Positions 9,551 through 18,547 of a stretch of 64,000 nt of DNA are shown here, piece after piece. The position numbers were made by a program, and so were the translations under genes. The stretch lies in the IMG/VR virus record IMGVR_UViG_3300021959_007301, positions 23,243 through 87,242 of that record, one strand, 5' to 3'. The notes below the pieces were generated by a model that was given only the letters and a program-made list of their open reading frames with translations, was not told where the DNA came from and made no database searches. Source of the DNA: a virus. Positions within the stretch are counted from its first letter, which is position 1; each line of letters opens with the position of its first letter.

Positions 9551-11067
9551 TGGCAGGGGAAAAGAATTTTATAATCAAGAATGGTCTGACCGTTGGTAAC
9601 GTAGAGGTTATCGATAGTTCAGGTAACATCACTGCAAGTGGTGTTGGTGCTGCCGTTCAAGAAGCAATCGCAGACAAAATCGGTGGTATTATTCAGGGTT
9701 CAGGTTCAACCACAGTAACCTATGATGATACAAACGATACTATCACGATTTCATCAACTGGTAAGACAGAAGAAGAGATTCAAGATATAGTTGGTGGTCA
9801 ATTAGTAACCAACGGTTCACATACAAACATTACTGCATCTTACGATGATGCAGGAGACGGTGCAGTTGACCTTGTAATTTCAGATGCAACAATTCAATCT
9901 AAAATTACTGCTGGAACTGGTGTTTCAGTTTCAAGTGGTGAAGTTAGTATCGGTCAGGCAGTAGGAACTTCAGATTCACCTTCATTTGCAGGTATGACAC
10001 TTACAGGTGCATCAACAGTTTCAGGACATATTCTTCCAAGTGCAGATGTTACCTACGACTTAGGTTCAGCATCGTATCAATGGAGAGACGTATATGTCGG
10101 GTCAGGGTCACTTTATGTTAACGGACAAAAAGTATTAGAAGATAGTTCAGGAACAATCGTTGTTTCTGCTGACAGTGACCAAAACCTTCAAATGAAAACT
10201 GCTGGTAGTGGTGACATTGAGTTCAACCCATCAGGTACAGGTATCATTCAAGCAAAAGGTACACTTCAAATGTTGGATGGTGAAACAATCACCAACAGTG
10301 CAGGTAACGATGTAGAGTTTGGAAACAATATCAGTGTAAACCAAATTGCATCAAGAAGTGCAGATACTAACTTAGTATTAAGTGGTAATGGAACAGGTAA
10401 TGTTACACTTAACGATACAGTTGTAATTACTGGAGACCTTACAGTTTCAGGTACAACAACTACTGTTAACTCAGAAACAATCAACCTTGCAGATAACATT
10501 CTAAATTTAAACTCTGATTTCACATCAGGTTCACCTACTCAAGATGCTGGTTTAAGTATCTCAAGAGGTGGTTCAGCTGCAAAAACATTCTTATGGGATG
10601 AGACCAACGATAGATGGACAGTCGGTTCAGAGTCTATGGTTGCAGCAACATTTATTGGTAACTTAACTGGAGATGTAACTGGAACAGTTTCAGATATTTC
10701 AAACCATGATACAGACGATGTTTCTGAAGGCTCAACCAATTTATATCATACTACTGCAAGAGCAAGAGGTTCAATCTCTGCTGGTGGTGATTTATCATAC
10801 AACAGTTCAACTGGTGTAGTATCATTTACTGAAAGAACAGATTCAGAAGTACAAGGATTAATCACTGCAGGAACTGGTGTTTCAGTTTCTTCAGGTCAGG
10901 TAAGTATCGGACAGGCAGTTTCAACATCATCAAACGTAGAGTTTACACAAATTAGTACAAACTATGCCAACAATAGTGGTGCTGTTGCAAGGAATATACA
11001 TCAATCAACTTCTACACCTTCATCAGGTGATGGTGCAGTTGGTGACTTGTGGATTTACTACGCATAA
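9550..11067 (+). CDS. Tail fibre-like protein
   Basis: GHILPSADVTYDLGS...WRDVY, GDLTVSGTTTTV, C-terminal TPSSGDGAVGDLWI. Confidence 0.8.
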   Translation: MAGEKNFIIKNGLTVGNVEVIDSSGNITASGVGAAVQEAIADKIGGIIQGSGSTTVTYDDTNDTITISSTGKTEEEIQDIVGGQLVTNGSHTNITASYDDAGDGAVDLVISDATIQSKITAGTGVSVSSGEVSIGQAVGTSDSPSFAGMTLTGASTVSGHILPSADVTYDLGSASYQWRDVYVGSGSLYVNGQKVLEDSSGTIVVSADSDQNLQMKTAGSGDIEFNPSGTGIIQAKGTLQMLDGETITNSAGNDVEFGNNISVNQIASRSADTNLVLSGNGTGNVTLNDTVVITGDLTVSGTTTTVNSETINLADNILNLNSDFTSGSPTQDAGLSISRGGSAAKTFLWDETNDRWTVGSESMVAATFIGNLTGDVTGTVSDISNHDTDDVSEGSTNLYHTTARARGSISAGGDLSYNSSTGVVSFTERTDSEVQGLITAGTGVSVSSGQVSIGQAVSTSSNVEFTQISTNYANNSGAVARNIHQSTSTPSSGDGAVGDLWIYYA

Positions 11068-11101
11068 ATAATTGCGTAGATTAGTGAGGATAAAAACATA
11101 A

Positions 11102-12073
11102 ATGGCGTCAGGTAATCAAAGCGTAAAAACACCTACAGGGTGGAGTGCTACAAGAGGTGCATGGGTAAAAACTGCACAAGGTACTTGGAGTGCTGTAAAA
11201 CAAATTTACATCAAAACTCCTACTGGTTGGAATGACGCTTCAGGTCAAGAGTTAACTCAACAACCTTATCCGTACATTGCAAATGGTCAGTATCCATATA
11301 TTGCTAATGCACAACAACCTTATCCGTACATTGCAAATGGACAAACACCATATATTGCAGATGCACAACAACCTTATCCTTATATAGCAAATGCACAATC
11401 ACCATATATTGCTGATGCACAACAACCTTATCCTTACATTGCAAATGCACAGTCACCTTATATTGCAAATGGTCAGACACCATTTACGTATCAACATAGA
11501 CAACCATTTACATATGCTAGACAAGGTCAGACACCATTTACGTATCAACATAGACAACCTGTAACATATGCTAGACAAGGACAAACTCCTTTCACATATC
11601 AAAACAGACAACCGTTTACCTATCAACATAGGTCACCGTTTACCTATCAACATAGGTCACCGTTTACATACAACCATAGGTCTCCATTTACATACAGAAA
11701 CCCTGTGTCTGCACAAGAACCTAATATTAGAAATGGTCAAACACCGTTCACTTATAGTGCAAGGTATCCTGCAAATGCTCGATATCCAGCAAACGGTCAA
11801 ACACCGTTCACTTATAGTGCAAGGTATCCTGCAAATGCAAGACAACCAGTAGCATTTAGGTCACCGTTTACATATCGTGTACCTTATATTGCTAATGCAA
11901 GACAACCAAACAGTGCAAGGAACCCATTTACCTATCGTGTGCCTTATATTGCAAACGCAAGACAACCAAGTACAGCACAACAACCGTATACGTATAACTT
12001 CAGACAGAATGTTGTATACTTCTACGGTGGTGGTGGCGGCGGTGGCGGTTTCTTCCCACAACAATTGAAATAA
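11102..12073 (+). CDS. P/Q/Y/T-rich repeat protein A2 with N-terminal VKT..GW adaptor-like motif and C-terminal Gly8
   Basis: Translation; repeat units of 6, 8 and 10 aa. Confidence 0.8.
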   Translation: MASGNQSVKTPTGWSATRGAWVKTAQGTWSAVKQIYIKTPTGWNDASGQELTQQPYPYIANGQYPYIANAQQPYPYIANGQTPYIADAQQPYPYIANAQSPYIADAQQPYPYIANAQSPYIANGQTPFTYQHRQPFTYARQGQTPFTYQHRQPVTYARQGQTPFTYQNRQPFTYQHRSPFTYQHRSPFTYNHRSPFTYRNPVSAQEPNIRNGQTPFTYSARYPANARYPANGQTPFTYSARYPANARQPVAFRSPFTYRVPYIANARQPNSARNPFTYRVPYIANARQPSTAQQPYTYNFRQNVVYFYGGGGGGGGFFPQQLK

Positions 12074-12091
12074 TGAGGATTATAAAGTAAA

Positions 12092-12919
12092 ATGGCAACA
12101 GGTTTTTATAGGACGATAACAACAGGAAATGCGAGAAGCACGATAAACGTGCAGACTCCGTTTACCTATAATGCTAGGTATCCTGCATCAGCACAACAAC
12201 CGTTTACGTTCCAAAACCCATTTACGTATTCCAATAGATATCCTGCATCAGCACAACAACCTGTAACTTATCGGTCACCGTTTACATATCGTGTGCCTTA
12301 TATTGCTAATGCAAGACAACCGTTTACCTATAGAGTACCATTTACATATAGGGTTCCTTATATTGCTAATGCAAGACAACCGTTTACATACAACTATAGG
12401 TCACCATTTACCTATAGAAACCCTGTGTCTGCACAAGAACCAAATATAAGGTCTGCACAAGAACCAAATATAAGGTCAGCACAAGAACCTAACATTAGAA
12501 ATGCACAAAGTCCATATATTGCATCAGCACAACAACCGTACCCATATATTGCAAATGCACAATCGCCTTATATTGCTAATGCACAACAACCGTATCCTTA
12601 CATTGCAAATGGACAATACCCATATATTGCTAGTGCAAGACAACCGTTTACATATCAACATAGACAACCAGTGACATATGCAAGACAGGGTCAAACACCT
12701 TTCACCTATCAGCATAGACAACCAGTGACATATGCAAGACAGGGTCAAACACCTTTCACCTATCAAAATAGACAACCATTTACTTATGCACGTCAAGGTC
12801 AAACACCATTTACCTATCAACATAGACAACCGTTTACCTATGCAAGACAGGGTAGAACTCCAGTTGCAAGATGGGATGGTGAATTATCACAACAGTGGCC
12901 TGCAACACCTATTTCCTAG
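12092..12919 (+). CDS. P/Q/Y/T-rich repeat protein B2
   Basis: Repeat units are the reverse-order counterpart of A2. Confidence 0.8.
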   Translation: MATGFYRTITTGNARSTINVQTPFTYNARYPASAQQPFTFQNPFTYSNRYPASAQQPVTYRSPFTYRVPYIANARQPFTYRVPFTYRVPYIANARQPFTYNYRSPFTYRNPVSAQEPNIRSAQEPNIRSAQEPNIRNAQSPYIASAQQPYPYIANAQSPYIANAQQPYPYIANGQYPYIASARQPFTYQHRQPVTYARQGQTPFTYQHRQPVTYARQGQTPFTYQNRQPFTYARQGQTPFTYQHRQPFTYARQGRTPVARWDGELSQQWPATPIS

Positions 12920-12958
12920 TGACTAAATACTAGTAAGTTTAACAATTCGGTTTATATT

Positions 12959-14512
12959 ATGTTTATTGATTTAAAGGAATACGATATTGCAAAAGAAATC
13001 CTCTCAAAGGTTGAGGATTTCAGTGGTAAGTATTATCATCTAGGACAAATTGACATAGACAGAGATTACTCTGAAAAAGAATCGTATAAGATTCTGAAGT
13101 ATGTCATGGAAGAAATCATTCCACCAATTAAGATTTTTAAATGGGGTGATTTTGAAAAGGAACGCAAATCATCTAAGTGGTCACTGTTCAACGGTCTCAA
13201 AAATGAAGCACCATGTTATCATAAATTCCTACCTTTAGGATACACCACCAAACCAAGAAATGAAGAGAAAGGTGTCGCAGGTATGGACACCATTACACTT
13301 GATGGTGAGTACATAGATATTGAAAACGAAGTCACATGGAATGATGGATACACTCCTACAGAAAGTGATGCAGAGTCATTACATTCAATGTATTACCATG
13401 CTGCAAAAGCACACTGGTTAACTCAAAGTATTCAAAAAGAAGGTCTTTGGGCACCAATTCAAGGTAAAGTGGTAGAACTTGTTAAAGATAGCAGATATCA
13501 ATTAAGAATACATCCAGGCTCTGTTAGGTCAGGAGTATTTGAAGAAATGGGTGACCCTGATATGGAGTTATGTATCATAGATAAGTATGATGCAATCGAT
13601 TCCCCTGCTGTTACTGTAGATGAACTTATAGAGTATTGGAAAACCAAACTTGATGCAAGACCTGAATTAAATAAAGACAATGGACACTATAATGTTTCCT
13701 TTACACTTATTGAAGGTGCATTAGAGTATAATACAAACTTAATGAACGTAGGTATGTTTCGTCCAGTTGTATATGAATTCAATAAAAAGGTTACAGAACT
13801 TGCAAAAGGTAAACCATTCAATATCTATATTGGATACGACAGTAGACACAGAGACCTGCCTGAGATTGCAAAAAAATCTATATTAGACACCATCGAAAAG
13901 GACACTGGTAATGGTCACTGTATTGAACAGGTAAAATTTAAACCTGAAGTTAAGTTCTTAGATGTTTCAAAGATACCTGAATACACTAGAGAGTATGCAA
14001 ATCAATCAACTGAGTTTACTTACAGTAGATTTTTAATTCCATACTTAGAGAACTATGAAGGATTCAGTATGTTCATTGATGATGACTTCATCTTTCAAAA
14101 AAGTTTATTACCTATGTTCTATTATTTAAATCCTGATGATGCTGTTGCATGTATTCAGTATCCACAATACAAACATGATGGCACTAAGTTTAAAGGTGAG
14201 GTAAATATCGATTACCCCAAAAAACTGTGGTCAAGTCTAATGATATTTAACAATGGACATGAAGATTGTAAAAAATTAACACCTGAAGTGGTTAACACTT
14301 GGACAGGAAAACAACTCCATCAATTTGAATGGACGGACAAAATCAGTAAGATTCCTGAACGATATATATTTACAGAAGGGTATGATGACCCTGAAACTAA
14401 ATGGGATTTCAACGGTATTCATTACACAAGGGGTGGGCCTTGGGTAGAAAGTATGGATTATTCCCACATAAATAATTTAGATATTTACAAAAGATGGGAA
14501 ATTTTAGTTTGA
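12959..14512 (+). CDS. Two-domain protein: unknown N-terminal domain plus C-terminal GT-A glycosyltransferase
   Basis: IYIGYDSR...STEFTYSRFLIPYL...FIDDDF...YPKKLWSSLM...HYTRGGPW. Confidence 0.75.
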   Translation: MFIDLKEYDIAKEILSKVEDFSGKYYHLGQIDIDRDYSEKESYKILKYVMEEIIPPIKIFKWGDFEKERKSSKWSLFNGLKNEAPCYHKFLPLGYTTKPRNEEKGVAGMDTITLDGEYIDIENEVTWNDGYTPTESDAESLHSMYYHAAKAHWLTQSIQKEGLWAPIQGKVVELVKDSRYQLRIHPGSVRSGVFEEMGDPDMELCIIDKYDAIDSPAVTVDELIEYWKTKLDARPELNKDNGHYNVSFTLIEGALEYNTNLMNVGMFRPVVYEFNKKVTELAKGKPFNIYIGYDSRHRDLPEIAKKSILDTIEKDTGNGHCIEQVKFKPEVKFLDVSKIPEYTREYANQSTEFTYSRFLIPYLENYEGFSMFIDDDFIFQKSLLPMFYYLNPDDAVACIQYPQYKHDGTKFKGEVNIDYPKKLWSSLMIFNNGHEDCKKLTPEVVNTWTGKQLHQFEWTDKISKIPERYIFTEGYDDPETKWDFNGIHYTRGGPWVESMDYSHINNLDIYKRWEILV

Positions 14513-14537
14513 CAAATCCCACATTATAGTTTATAAT
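14509..14537 (+). promoter_or_regulatory. Sigma70-type promoter
   Basis: Perfect TTGACA-N17-TATAAT. Confidence 0.8.
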
Positions 14538-14553
14538 ATGAAAGAGGTAACTT

Positions 14554-15120
14554 ATGAAAAGTGAATTAATATATACAGAAAATGGTGAATTGAGAATCAC
14601 CAAACCTAATGGTCTCTCATACAGTTTTGAAAATGTAGATGCACCTGAGTTAGGTTTTGAATATGACATGCTGGTGTATTCAGACATCGAAGTCAAGGTT
14701 CTTAAATGGGACGATAGTTTAGGGTTTGATAGTCAAGACCACATAAAACTTAATGACGAAGAGAAAGATGCTATTGAGTTATACATAGAAAACTCTGAAC
14801 CTCCTATAGGTTATTCTTTAAACAACCAATTCCTAAAACGTCTTAATGACATGTGTCATGAAAATGTTAATAATCAATGTAATGCATATGGTTTTGATAA
14901 TGAAGTTGAAGTTCTTATTGCAGGTAGAGAGGGTTCAGCACATCCTGCAAGGTCACCTGCAAGACGTGTTTTAGAGTACATAGATGCCCTTTGGTGTTGT
15001 TATCAACAAGTAGAAGAAGAGATTTTAAATACTAGAGAAGACTTCTTAAAAGACTTCGAAGAGTATCTTAGTGTAATTCCACAACCTTTACAGGCACCTG
15101 ATAGTCAAGCCAGGACTTAG
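14554..15120 (+). CDS. Hypothetical protein
   Basis: 188-aa ORF with GAGG RBS. Confidence 0.7.
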   Translation: MKSELIYTENGELRITKPNGLSYSFENVDAPELGFEYDMLVYSDIEVKVLKWDDSLGFDSQDHIKLNDEEKDAIELYIENSEPPIGYSLNNQFLKRLNDMCHENVNNQCNAYGFDNEVEVLIAGREGSAHPARSPARRVLEYIDALWCCYQQVEEEILNTREDFLKDFEEYLSVIPQPLQAPDSQART

Positions 15121-15121
15121 T

Positions 15122-15844
15122 ATGTCTGATTTTGATATTGTGTACTTGGATGAACCATTCAAGGTCACAGAACTACCACTTAAAAAAATCTATGTAATTG
15201 ATGACTATCTATGTACAGAATTACATCATCATATAGATAAAATTTTAACCAATAGTTCTATATGGTCTAAGACCAATCAAGTAAGCAGTAGAAATCCCAC
15301 AGGATTACCACATCATAGTTTTTGGGGTGCAAGTTTTCTTAGAGAGGATGAAAGATTAGAACAAGGTCAAGATGAATATCACTCCTATATACCTTTATGG
15401 TTTAACCGAAGAATCCAAACTGACTTTCAATTTAAGTGGATTAGATTTCAATACATGGGATTGAATAGTCAGACACAAGGATTACATGGAACCACTCACT
15501 CTGATTGTGCTGACCATGATGAATGGAATCTATCTTTTTTATATTACTATAATAGATTTTGGAACAAGGAGTGGGGTGGAAATTTAAGATTTTATGATGA
15601 ACCACAGTTTGGACTTCAAGGTAGAGACGAACACATTAAAAACCATCAGATAGGTGAAGTTGAATTCAAACCTAATAGGTTATTAATGTTTGATGGTAGA
15701 ATACCACATGGTGCAGATGCACCAACACCTAAAGCAAAATATGTAGACAGAAGGTCAATTGTTCTTAGAGGTGACGAGGTTCAATTAATAGATAGTGAGG
15801 AAATGTTTAGTGCCAACGATAGAGTTCACAACATACGATACTGA
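15122..15844 (+). CDS. 2OG-Fe(II) oxygenase
   Basis: HSD...W..EWGG.L...FKPNRLLMFDGRIPH...R. Confidence 0.8.
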   Translation: MSDFDIVYLDEPFKVTELPLKKIYVIDDYLCTELHHHIDKILTNSSIWSKTNQVSSRNPTGLPHHSFWGASFLREDERLEQGQDEYHSYIPLWFNRRIQTDFQFKWIRFQYMGLNSQTQGLHGTTHSDCADHDEWNLSFLYYYNRFWNKEWGGNLRFYDEPQFGLQGRDEHIKNHQIGEVEFKPNRLLMFDGRIPHGADAPTPKAKYVDRRSIVLRGDEVQLIDSEEMFSANDRVHNIRY

Positions 15845-16712
15845 AACAACAAAAAACTTTAGACCTGTTTTAGCAAGAAAATACCAACCACATTGGTGGA
15901 AACGTGCTAAAGTTGGAATGGACGTTAGAAATAAGAAGACGACTACTATTCGTGCATGTCCTGCTATGGATGATTGGTTAAAGAGTGGGTGGTATTTAAT
16001 TGCAAATAGAGATTTGCATGTTAAGTTTGGAAGAACTCCTGAAACTAATGATGACCATTCTAGAGGTCATGTTGTAGATAATGGTGATTATGCATCACCT
16101 TCGCACCCCTCAGAACAAATGGCAGGTGCATTTCAATACTTAGATAATGAAGGCCCGATTAAAGATGCCTTTAAAATGAGAAATCCATGGAACGTAGTTA
16201 CACCTCCAGGCTATTCTTGTTTTTACTTAGACCCCTTTCTTTTTCAAAATAGATACTTTGCAACTTGGCAAGGAATTATAGATACCGATAAATTCAATAA
16301 GAATATGGACAATGCACAGATAATCTTTTATCCAAAGGTGAATCATTCATTTACTATAAAAGAAGGAACTCCTTTGTGTCAAGTGATTCCATATAAAAGA
16401 GAAGAGTGGAATGCAAGTTATATTCAATACGACCACAAATCATTCACAGAAAATAGGTCATCCGTTACATCACATCATTCACAAGAAGATGGAACAGGTG
16501 CAACAATGGATGAGTGGGTTAGAAAACCAGGCCTATCTGAATCAGATAGAGCAGAAAATTTAACTAGTGGTGGATATAGAAAAGGTGAATATTGGACACC
16601 TAAAGGCAAGTTTTATAAAGAAGAATCTCCACCACCTGAGTGTCCATTTCATGTAAGCGAAAACGATGATAGTGGAGAACATCAACTGGAGTTAGATTTA
16701 GATGGCAGTTAG
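15810..16712 (+). CDS. Hypothetical protein (DUF6065-like, often found beside phage oxygenases)
   Basis: RACPAM.D...GW, NPWNVVTPPGYS...GIIDTD...GTPLCQVIP; GTG start after GAGG. Confidence 0.65.
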   Translation: MPTIEFTTYDTETTKNFRPVLARKYQPHWWKRAKVGMDVRNKKTTTIRACPAMDDWLKSGWYLIANRDLHVKFGRTPETNDDHSRGHVVDNGDYASPSHPSEQMAGAFQYLDNEGPIKDAFKMRNPWNVVTPPGYSCFYLDPFLFQNRYFATWQGIIDTDKFNKNMDNAQIIFYPKVNHSFTIKEGTPLCQVIPYKREEWNASYIQYDHKSFTENRSSVTSHHSQEDGTGATMDEWVRKPGLSESDRAENLTSGGYRKGEYWTPKGKFYKEESPPPECPFHVSENDDSGEHQLELDLDGS

Positions 16713-17406
16713 ATTACTATTTCCTAATTTTGTATTTGAAAGAAACTTATTAGACCCAAACTTGGATAAAAGAAGAGGAATAACTAATGAGTATCTTCAA
16801 CAGTGTGTAGATGCAATAGATGGTATGAGAAGAAAAGACCCTGAAGGTAGAAGAGTATCTAATGCATATACTGGTTGGCAATCAAACGATGGGTGTGAAT
16901 CAAATCCAATTTTACAACAGTTAATGAGAAAAATAGAACAACTTTTTAAAGATGAAGTATTTCCTTTTCATGGATTAGACCAAACAAAAACATCGATACA
17001 TATTGGTAACTCTTGGGCTAACGTAAACGATTTCTCTGCATGGAATAAACCACATATGCATAATGGATGTTGGTATAGTGGTGTGTTTTATATAAAGGGA
17101 GACGGTGATGAAGGTTGCATAGATATGGTCGATAAAGATGTTAAGGTTGTGTCTGATTTTCCACATTCACCTCGGGCGCCAGGTTCTATGAGTTATGCAC
17201 CCACATCAGGTATGTTAATTTTATTTCCTAGTGGATTGATGCATATGGTAGAACCCAACATGACAGATAAAGACCGATACAGCATTTCATTCAATATGGT
17301 AGTTAAATACCATGGTGATGGAGGTCAATTTGGTGAACCACAAAACTACCATCCTGATGAATTTCTTTTTGAAATAGACGAAAACGGTGACCCTATAATG
17401 GGTTGA
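16702..17406 (+). CDS. Putative 2OG-Fe(II) oxygenase (TIGR02466-like)
   Basis: SN..GWQS, WANVN...HMH...SGVFY, LILFPSGLMH.V...RYSISFN. Confidence 0.8.
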   Translation: MAVRLLFPNFVFERNLLDPNLDKRRGITNEYLQQCVDAIDGMRRKDPEGRRVSNAYTGWQSNDGCESNPILQQLMRKIEQLFKDEVFPFHGLDQTKTSIHIGNSWANVNDFSAWNKPHMHNGCWYSGVFYIKGDGDEGCIDMVDKDVKVVSDFPHSPRAPGSMSYAPTSGMLILFPSGLMHMVEPNMTDKDRYSISFNMVVKYHGDGGQFGEPQNYHPDEFLFEIDENGDPIMG

Positions 17407-17423
17407 TTTTCATAAATACTCGT

Positions 17424-17684
17424 ATGGAAATCACAGTAGACCCAACCTTTCTTTGGAACTTCTTTATAACAGTGGTGTTAGTGCCATTGGGATTCTTAGT
17501 ACGTTCAGTTTTATCTGAACAAAAAAGAATTGATATTCTTCTCAATAAAACACGTGAAGAGATAGCAAAAGATTATGTTACAAGAGAACAAATCGAAGCA
17601 GATTTCCAACGTTTAATGAATACAATTGAACGTATCGATGAAAAGATAGACAGATTACAGTCTAGAACTTACTTCCAAGATTAA
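17424..17684 (+). CDS. Small membrane / coiled-coil protein
   Basis: One TM segment then LLNKTREEIAKDYVT...IDEKID; late promoter upstream. Confidence 0.65.
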   Translation: MEITVDPTFLWNFFITVVLVPLGFLVRSVLSEQKRIDILLNKTREEIAKDYVTREQIEADFQRLMNTIERIDEKIDRLQSRTYFQD

Positions 17685-17729
17685 AATTCACATAAATAGT
17701 AGTAGAACATTTATTAATGGAACACTACT

Positions 17730-18545
17730 ATGGCAGAACCAAATTCAAAAGCATCATTAAAAGAGTATATCAAACGTAAGTTAGGGGCGCCTGTTCTCGA
17801 AATTAACGTGGATGATGACCAATTTGATGACAGAATCGATGAAGCACTTCAGTACTTCAGAGAGTATCACTATGATGGTTCAATCAAAACATATCTAAAA
17901 CACAGAATAACTGATGCTAAAAAGACTGCAATGAAAACAAATGAGTCTTTTACAGAGAGTGCAGCTGGTACACATGCATATGACGATGAGGTTGTATATC
18001 AACAACAGAATTACATCGTGTTACCTGAACATGTCCTTGCAGTTATAAACATATTCCCATTTAATGATAAACATAACATGAATATGTTTGACCTTAGATA
18101 TCAATTAAGATTGAATGATTTATGGGATTTAACATCAACAAACATCTTATACTACGAACAAGTACAACAACACATCAACTTACTAGACAACATTTTAGTG
18201 GGTAGAACTCCTATCAGATACAACACACACATGAATAGATTGTATCTAGATATGGATGTGGATTCAATCTATGACAATGAGTATATTCTCATTGAGTGTT
18301 ATAGAAAATTAGACCCAACAGATTTCACAGATATTTACAACGACATGTGGTTGAAAAAGTATGCAACCTCATTAGTGAAGTATCAATGGGGAGAAAACTT
18401 ATCTAAGTTCTCAGGTATTCAATTGCCAGGCGGTGTAACACTTGATGGTTCTGCAATGAAACAAGAAGCACAGGAAGAGATACGTAGATTAGAAGAAGAG
18501 TCTCGATTGAACTTTGAAATGCCTGTGATGGATATGATAGGTTAA
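17730..18545 (+). CDS. gp13: Neck protein gp13
   Basis: LGAPVLEINV, WLKKYATSLVKYQWGENLSKF...LPGGVTLDG. Confidence 0.93.
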   Translation: MAEPNSKASLKEYIKRKLGAPVLEINVDDDQFDDRIDEALQYFREYHYDGSIKTYLKHRITDAKKTAMKTNESFTESAAGTHAYDDEVVYQQQNYIVLPEHVLAVINIFPFNDKHNMNMFDLRYQLRLNDLWDLTSTNILYYEQVQQHINLLDNILVGRTPIRYNTHMNRLYLDMDVDSIYDNEYILIECYRKLDPTDFTDIYNDMWLKKYATSLVKYQWGENLSKFSGIQLPGGVTLDGSAMKQEAQEEIRRLEEESRLNFEMPVMDMIG

Positions 18546-18547
18546 TT

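Noticed and set aside
1974-12919. Nucleotide repeats in the four repeat genes as CRISPR arrays or diversity-generating retroelement template/variable repeats
   Set aside because: Repeats are in-frame, vary at synonymous positions and lack unique spacers; no cas or reverse transcriptase gene is in the window.
11102-12919. Mirror symmetry as a DNA inverted repeat or inversion
   Set aside because: Both genes are on the + strand and each unit reads in the same N-to-C direction; the symmetry is in unit order and partner type, not reverse-complement DNA.
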